13,897 nt of DNA. Origin: Octopus sinensis (Eukaryota). Each line of letters begins with the position of its first letter. The first letter of the stretch is position 1. The position numbers and the translations under genes were made by a program. Shown piece by piece: positions 8,048 through 13,897 of the stretch. Under the pieces are notes generated by a model. The model did not search any database, was not told the DNA's origin, and saw only the letters and a list, made by a program, of their open reading frames with translations. The DNA lies in NCBI RefSeq assembly GCF_006345805.1, contig NW_021826094.1:1-13897 (forward strand), given 5' to 3'.

Positions 8048-8557
8048 AGAGAAACAAATAAACGATAAAATATAAACCGAAACCCTAAGACCTAGGGGCC
8101 AATAGTATTTTCGTAGGTGTTATTTATGCGCTTGTAAAACTGTGCGAAGAGGCCTCCCCACTGGTTTTTTGAAGTATTAAAAGTGCTGCAACGTAGGGAG
8201 CTAGCACTTTAAAACCCCATTGCTTACCCCCTTCTTGGTAATTTAAACGGGTCTTTCGTATCCTTGGCGATTTGTGGTTAAGATTAACGGGCTTAAAACG
8301 TAAAAAGAAATAACAATGTCCCCCATCAACACGTGGTTATGTATGATAAGGTAGGGTTCCCTAAGGAAAAGTAATATAGTAATAATGTTGTAAAGGGAGG
8401 TGTTTAAACAATGGTAACATGAATGAATCTTAAATCAAGGGAGCGGCGTGGAGCGGGTAGGGGTCAGGGCCAGCGCTGCAGGGGAGGTAAGCAAAAGACC
8501 CTGAAAAACAAACAAGCAAAAACCAAATTTTTTTTCCTTTTCCCTTTTACTGTCCCC

Positions 8558-8596
<39 letters not shown>

Positions 8597-8659
8597 TTTG
8601 AAGACCTGTTGTCATTTGTCATTAGGGTTTCAGTTTTTCCCATGAATCATCCTGATTTA

Positions 8660-8900
8660 TATACGCATGTATGTATATATGTACGCATGTATGATTATGC
8701 GTATGTACGCATGTATGTATGTATATACGTGTGTACGTATATATGTATGTATGTATGCATGTATGTATGTATGTATGTATGCATGCATGTATGCATGCAT
8801 GTATGTATGTATGTATGTATGTATGTGTGACAGCATGGATGGATGGATGGATGGATGGATGGTTAGATGTACGTACGTATGTATATATATATATGCGTAT
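8660..8900. repeat. (TATG)n/(CATG)n/(GGAT)n compound microsatellite
   Basis: Direct reading. An (ATTT)n run also lies at ~8560-8598. Confidence 0.92.
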
Positions 8901-8910
8901 AAATATGCAA

Positions 8911-9035
8911 TGTGTGTGATATAAGACAGTTGCTTCGACACCGCATGTACCCGGGTTCAGTCCCACTATGTGGCACTCTGAACAAATGACTTCTACTATA
9001 GCCCGGCTCGGCCGCAGATTTGTGAATGAGTTTTG
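8911..9035 (+). mobile_element. Family-B SINE 5' fragment, diverged
   Basis: CCCGGGTTCAGTCCCACTATGTGGCACTCTGAACAAATGACTTCTACTATAGCCC...TTTGTGAATGAG aligns to the family-B head and start of the central domain. Confidence 0.75.
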
Positions 9036-9067
9036 TTATATTCAGTCAATATACGATTTTCCCTAAA

Positions 9068-9410
9068 GCGGCGAGCTGGCAGAAACGTTAGCACGCTGGA
9101 CGAAACGCTTAGCTGTATTTCGCCCATCGCTTCGTTCTGAGTTCAAATTCCGCCGATGTCGACTTTACCTTTCATCCGTTTGTCTGTCTTTATTTGTCCT
9201 TTCTGTGTTTAGCCCCTTGTGGGTAGTAAAGAAATAGGTATTTCGTCTGCCGTTACGTTCAAATTCCGCCGTGGTCGACTTTGACTTTTATCCTTTCGGG
9301 GTCGATTAAATAAGTACCAGTTACGCACTGGGGTCGACATAATCGAAATCCCTTTGCCTGTCATTGTTTGTCCTCTCTATGTTTAACCCCCTGTGGGCAA
9401 TAAAGAAATA
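9068..9410 (+). mobile_element. Family-A SINE dimer (head plus two units, each with an internal deletion)
   Basis: Head GCGGCGAGCTGGCAGAAACGTTAG. Junction GAAATA|GGTATTTCG at 9231-9245. Ends TAAAGAAATA at 9410. Confidence 0.88.
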
Positions 9411-9426
9411 AATATATGACTTTCCC

Positions 9427-9589
9427 TATTTCGTCTGTCTTTACGTTCTGAGTTCAAATTCCACCGAGGTCGACTTTGCCTTTCATCCTTTCGGGGTCGA
9501 TAAATTAAGCACCAGTTGCATACTGGGTTCGATCTAATCGACTGGCGCCTACCCCCAAAATTTCGGGCCTTGTGCTTAGAGTAGAAAAG
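9427..9589 (+). mobile_element. Headless family-A SINE with an alternative 3' tail
   Basis: Starts at TATTTCGTC and carries the B-box and central domain. Tail CCCCCAAAATTTCGGGCCTTGTGCTTAGAGTAGAAAAG differs from the tail of the tandem units. Confidence 0.85.
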
Positions 9590-9609
9590 AATATCTGATT
9601 TTCCATAAA

Positions 9610-9717
9610 TCGGTGAGCTGGCAGAAACGTTAGCACACCGGGCGAAATGCTTAGCGGTATTTCGTCTCTCTTTACGTTCTCCCCAAAATTTCAGGCCTTG
9701 TGCCTAGAGTAGAAGAG
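9610..9717 (+). mobile_element. Family-A SINE, head joined directly to the alternative tail (central deletion)
   Basis: CGGTGAGCTGGCAGAAACGTTAGCACACCGGGCGAAATGCTTAGCGGTATTTCGTC...ACGTTCT|CCCCAAAATTTCAGGCCTTGTGCCTAGAGTAGAAGAG. Confidence 0.85.
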
Positions 9718-9954
9718 AATATATGATTTTCTCGTAAGCAGCCACAAAACATGCCTATAGTTTGATATATAGATGATATCACGCTCAAGCCTCCTTACCA
9801 TTTCCTGTGTACTTCCTCCGACCTTTTATCAATCACCTAGAAATCTAGCTGAAACTAAATACAGCAGCGACATCTTTTATCAGGCGATACCAAGGAATGA
9901 TAAATACAACTAACCATCATCACGCAGAACAGCATTAAAAAAAAATTGAAAAAC

Positions 9955-10278
9955 TGGCACTCCGTCGGTTACGACGACGAGTTTTTCAGTTGATCCGATC
10001 AACGAAAGCGCCTGCCCGTGAAATTAACGAGCAAGTAGCAGAGCACTCCACAGACACGGAAAACCCTTTATGTAGTTCCCAGGGAGATTCAACGTGACAC
10101 AGAATATGACAAAGCTGGCGTTTTGAATACAGGCACGATTTCATTTTTGACAGCTAAGAGGACTGGAGCAACGTGAAGTAAAGTGTCTTGCATAAGAACA
10201 CAATGCACCGTCGGGTATCGAATTGACGACGTTATGATCAGGAGCCGATGTCCCTTAACCTCTAAGTCACGCGTCTTC
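9955..10278 (-). mobile_element. Family-C tRNA-derived SINE with a CORE-like domain, near full length
   Basis: Minus strand starts GAAGACGCGTGACTTAGAGGTTAAG (A-box-like), then AATTCGATACCC (B-box-like). TTGTGTTCTTATGCAAGACACTTTACTTCAC (10173-10203) resembles the CORE motif CCTTGRGCAAG. Ends AACCGACGGAGTGCCA next to an A/T-rich tract. Confidence 0.75.
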
Positions 10279-10329
10279 GCGCGGCATAAACAAACCTTGA
10301 ACACGCTAGACAAAAATATGAGAATTATT

Positions 10330-10560
10330 TATCCCTATTTCCATAGCGATTAAGTAACCGAGATAACGAAATACTCCTGAACGGGACGCCAGTCCGTCAC
10401 AGGGTTCAAGACCGGAAATTTTAAGGAATGGGGCAAGACCAGAAATTTTGAGGAGTAACACAGAATGTGACAAAGCTGGTCCTTTGAAAAACAAGTACAA
10501 TTCATTTTTGCTAGGTGAGCGGACTGGAGCATCATGAAATAAAGTTTCTTGCCCAAGGAC
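10330..10560 (-). mobile_element. Composite SINE remnant: family-C CORE segment, duplicated 16-mer, V-domain-like segment
   Basis: 10455-10560 is homologous to 10095-10203. CAAGACC(G/A)GAAATTTT occurs at 10407-10422 and 10434-10449. Minus-strand AACCCTGTGACGGACTGGCGTCCCGTTCAGG resembles the V-SINE domain (from memory). Confidence 0.6.
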
Positions 10561-10614
10561 AAACTAAGTTTCTTACCAAGGACAATTCACGATCTTACGA
10601 TTGAAAGCTGAATG

Positions 10615-10777
10615 CATCCACCCTAGTATTTGAATGGTACTTTATGTTATCGACCCCAAATGGACAAAAAGTAAAACTAGCTTCGACGGGATTTGAACTC
10701 ACAAAGTAAAGAGCCAGAAGAAATACCGCGAAGCATTTTGTCCGACGGGCCATAACGATTCCGCTATCTCGCCGCCT
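10615..10777 (-). mobile_element. Diverged family-A SINE monomer
   Basis: Minus strand reads AGGCGGCGAGATAGCGGAATCGTTA...AAATGCTTCGCGGTATTTC...GAGTTCAAATCCCGTCGAAG...GGGGTCGATAACATAAAGTACC. Confidence 0.8.
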
Positions 10778-11952
10778 GTGCCTTCTTATAACATTATTTC
10801 CATTCTTATTTATCATTCTTATTTTCAATAAAGTAAGAAAATGACTGCAAAGCCGAGACTTTGAGGAGAAGTCTTTAGCCCAGCTTTTATGCGTTCAACA
10901 GATGAGGTAACGCTTTCTCTGGGATAGCATGCTAGCCTATCGCAAGTAACATTCTCTGATGATCTGACAACTTTTAGTAGTATTGCCACCATAGGTATAA
11001 CTACTAGCCCAGCTCCACTATTTATATATATATATATATATATAGTATGACCTACTTTGGGCTTTTGTAGTCTTTGGAGTAAGGATAACATGAAGGAGAG
11101 GGTCAGGGTTCAATTCTGACTGAAATAACAAGAAAACGAAATACCATGCATCGTATGGGAGGTCGCGTCTATGGGCCCCCACCCCCTTTTCACGGTAATA
11201 TAAAATGTAAATAAACACTTTCCCCGGCTCAGTTAGACCATTTGTAGTCTCACCTAGTTTCGGGATTTGAGAATAAGAGATGTAGAGAGATAAAGGGAAA
11301 CATACAGAGAAAACCTGTGAAAAAAAATGGCCTCTCTTTCTTTCTCTCTCTCTCTCTGTAGTATTTCCTGACTGATGGAACAACCGAAATTAACTAGTGA
11401 AAACTGATAACTTTAACATCAACAGACAGAGCAAACTAATTAATATTTCTTGTGACAACATGACAGCTGTAAAAGGCATAATCTATCTAACACTGCTAAT
11501 AACTGTTTGTCACCAATTACAAATAGTATATGAAGGGAAAAAAAAAACTGGTACAACTTCATTACTCGATGTTTACATTGAAAACATCAAACTACTTTGG
11601 CAAAACTCACACAGCAGCTTGAAAAATCTTCTAATTGAATGAGAGAAGTAGAGATTAACCGAAAGTCATGTTTACATAGCAAGAGGTTGTCTCTTTATTA
11701 AATAAAGAGTTTACAAGAATGTGAGAAGTAAGCGCAGAGGACAAAATAACACTTCAGTATAATGTCACCTCGTTGGAAATGAGTTTGTTATAAGCCAGGA
11801 CTAACTTGATTGCAACAGAACTGTTCCGAGGGTCTGATAGGTTGACCAAGGGTTAAACTGATCGAGGGTTAATATTACGAGATTGTTTAAATAGGACTAA
11901 TTCTTGACCTTCTTGTTTGTGTATGTCGATGGAATTCTATTAAGGTATGAGA

Positions 11953-11994
11953 CGTTTTGGCACAGCCGTTTTGGCACAGCCGTTTTGACGCCGC
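11953..11994. repeat. 14-bp tandem repeat, 3 copies
   Basis: CGTTTTGGCACAGC at 11953 and 11967, CGTTTTGACGCCGC at 11981. Confidence 0.85.
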
Positions 11995-12134
11995 TGCTTC
12001 GACGCTGACTTATTTGACATAACACGTTTAAAACTTCCTCACGTTTTAATATTTCTGTCGTTCTCTCCTCTTTCCCATTGTCATTTACTTTCTCCCCCTC
12101 TCTTTCTCTCACCTCCTTATCTATCTATCTATCT

Positions 12135-12546
12135 GTGGCTGTGGGGTAAGAAGTTTGCTTCCCAACAACATGTTTCTGGGTTCGGGCTCGCTGCGTGGTA
12201 CCTTGGCTAAACGTCTTCTACTAGAGCCCAGAATCGACCCTTGTAAGAAGACTCGGTGAACAGAAACTGAAAGAAGCACGTCGTGTTTATGTGTGTTTGT
12301 GTGTGTGTGTGTATTAATCCCTCATCACCACTTGACAACCGATGTCGGTTTGTTTGCGTACCGTTAGCTAGCACTTCGGCAAAAGAGTGACGGATAGAAT
12401 AAGTGCCAGGTTTTAACAAAAACAAAAAAAAAGCAAAAATAATAAAGAAAGAAATTGGGTTCGATTTGCTTGGCTAAAACCCTTCATGGTGGTGCCCCAG
12501 CATGGCCGCAGTGCAACGGCTGAAACGTGTAAAAGATAAAAAGATA
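12135..12546 (+). mobile_element. Family-B SINE, full length (tRNA-like head, Meta-like domain, internal (TG)n, 3' tail)
   Basis: GTGGCTGTGGGGTAAGAAGTTTGCTTCCC...GGGTTCG head. CTTGTAAGAAGACTCGGTGAACAGAAACTGAAAGAAGCACGTCG central domain (Meta-domain-like, from memory). Ends CCCCAGCATGGCCGCAGTGCAACGGCTGAAAC plus an AAAAGATA-type tail. Confidence 0.85.
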
Positions 12547-13226
12547 TTATAGAAACACAGAAAAAATATTTGCTGGTAGTTTTGCTGCATCTAACAAGGG
12601 GCTCACGCTGGCAGGTGAGCTGCTTTTCCGGGTTGTGTCAACATAAGCACATGAAAATGTCAATAAGAACACATAAAACGAAAGAAAGAGAGAAGGAAAG
12701 AGCGAGAGGGGGAGAAAGAGACAGAGAGTATTGAGTCCAAAATTTCTTGCAGCTGAAATTCCACTCAGTGATCTGCTCCCCTTCTTTGATGTCTGTCTGT
12801 TTACGAAACATTCTTCTCTTGAATTACATACACACACTGTTTAAACTCTTCTAGACTTGTTTATTTTATTTTATTTTATTTTATTTTATTTCATTAAAAA
12901 ATTTTTTTTTTCTCCTCAATGAAATACCTTGAATGGTTATTGTATATAACGGAATGGCAGTTAGTGCAACTGTTAGCTGCCCACTTAGTGCAGGGGCTTG
13001 TTGACAACGTAATACTATACACGTCAGTTGTTAGCAGCGCTTGTTCTTATCGTATAAGTTGTTATATCATTTATCTGTAACGTCTATAGTGCAGCACATA
13101 ACCCGCTTTAAAAAAAAAAACAAAAGCAAAAACTGTCGTCTGTTTTCAGCCATTTTGGATTTTTTTTTAAATGCCGTTTGTTTTCCTTTTTTAAAATTGT
13201 TGGGTGCGTTATGAATAACTTTTATC

Positions 13227-13452
13227 GACGCAGGCATAAGAAGTTCGACTGAACTATGCAGTTTCGGGTGCAGTTTCCAATGTGTGGCACGCGTAGTGTC
13301 TTTTACTATAAGCCCGGGTACGCTTCTTTTACTATAAAACCGGTTAGGCATCTTTTACTATATGCCCGGGTAAGCATCTTTTACTATAACTCCGTACCGA
13401 CCAATGCCTTGTGAATGAACTTGAATAATGGAAACTATTTGGAAGCTTGTTA

Positions 13453-13494
<42 letters not shown>
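13227..13494 (+). mobile_element. Diverged family-B SINE 5' half with an internal 26-bp tandem amplification, ending in (GT)n
   Basis: CGGGTGCAGTTTCCAATGTGTGGCAC...GTGTCTTTTACTATA x4...CCGACCAATGCCTTGTGAATGAAC...GGAAACT, then (TG)n at 13455-13494. Confidence 0.7.
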
Positions 13495-13495
<1 letters not shown>

Positions 13496-13897
13496 AACAA
13501 ACAAAGACAGACAAAGGGATAAAGTCGATTACATCGACCCCAGTGCATAACTAGCACTTATTTAATCGACACCGAAATTATGAAAGGCAAAGTCGACCTC
13601 GGCGGAATTTGAGCTCAGAACGTAACGGCAGACGAAATACCTATTTTTTTACTACGCTCAAGGGGCTAAACACAGAGAGGACAAACAAGGACAGACAAAC
13701 GGATTAAGTCGAGTATATCGACCCCAGTGCGTAACTGGTACTTATTTAATCGACCTCGAAAGGATGAAAGGCAAAGTCGACCTCGGCGGAATTTGAACTC
13801 AGAACGTAGCGGCAGACGAAATACCTATTTCTATTTCTTTACTACCCACAAGGGGCTAAACACAGAGAGGACAAACAAGGAGAGACAAAGGGATTAA
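13494..13897 (-). mobile_element. Family-A tandem multimer on the minus strand, extending beyond the window
   Basis: Reverse complement of the 2862-3646 unit. Junction anchors AAATACC at 13635-13641 and 13819-13825 (period 184). At least parts of three units; head not in the window. Confidence 0.92.

Noticed and set aside
8178-8212. Hairpin AAAGTGCT...AGCACTTT as a possible miRNA precursor
   Set aside because: Stem is only ~8-10 bp, far short of a pre-miRNA.
10956-10967. CTGATGA/CTGA motifs (hammerhead core or C/D-box snoRNA)
   Set aside because: No downstream stem II plus GAAA, and the boxes are adjacent with no guide region or terminal stem.
11254-11314. Minus-strand segment bounded by CACAG| and |GTGAGA within ORF 11018..11383
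   Set aside because: The body is itself a low-complexity pyrimidine tract and the boundaries are ambiguous (could be read as exon or as acceptor tract); no recognisable peptide.
12561-12620. Possible 54-nt plus-strand exon (KIFAGSFAASNKGLTLAG) ending CAG|GTGAGC
   Set aside because: The acceptor lies in the A-rich SINE tail with no polypyrimidine tract, and the peptide is not recognised.
13299-13388. CRISPR-like array
   Set aside because: Repeat is only 12 bp, the spacers are mutually homologous 14-mers, it is embedded in a eukaryotic SINE, and there are no cas genes.

Overview
Eukaryotic, repeat-saturated, apparently non-coding DNA (intronic or intergenic). I can support no protein-coding gene: the long ORFs are translations of microsatellites or of non-coding repeats. 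The interspersed repeats are tRNA-derived SINEs that I recognise from memory as the abundant octopus families, so the source is probably a coleoid cephalopod (inference, not database-checked). I call three families A (Nin/Deu-like domain), B (Meta-like domain with an internal microsatellite) and C (CORE-like domain). There is also one clean hAT MITE with an 8-bp TSD, one degenerate hAT-like MITE, and many micro- and minisatellites. The most interesting structure is family A. It forms head-to-tail multimers of a ~183-184-bp unit behind a single tRNA-like head, with one 4-mer enclosed by a single 15-bp TSD. All six unit junctions at three loci fall at the same point (GAAATA|GGTATTTCG). A headless copy starts there and an orphan head fused to family B ends there, which suggests a defined RNA break/joining site. 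One locus shows serial re-insertion into the same ~20-bp target. Novelty cannot be confirmed without a literature and database search.
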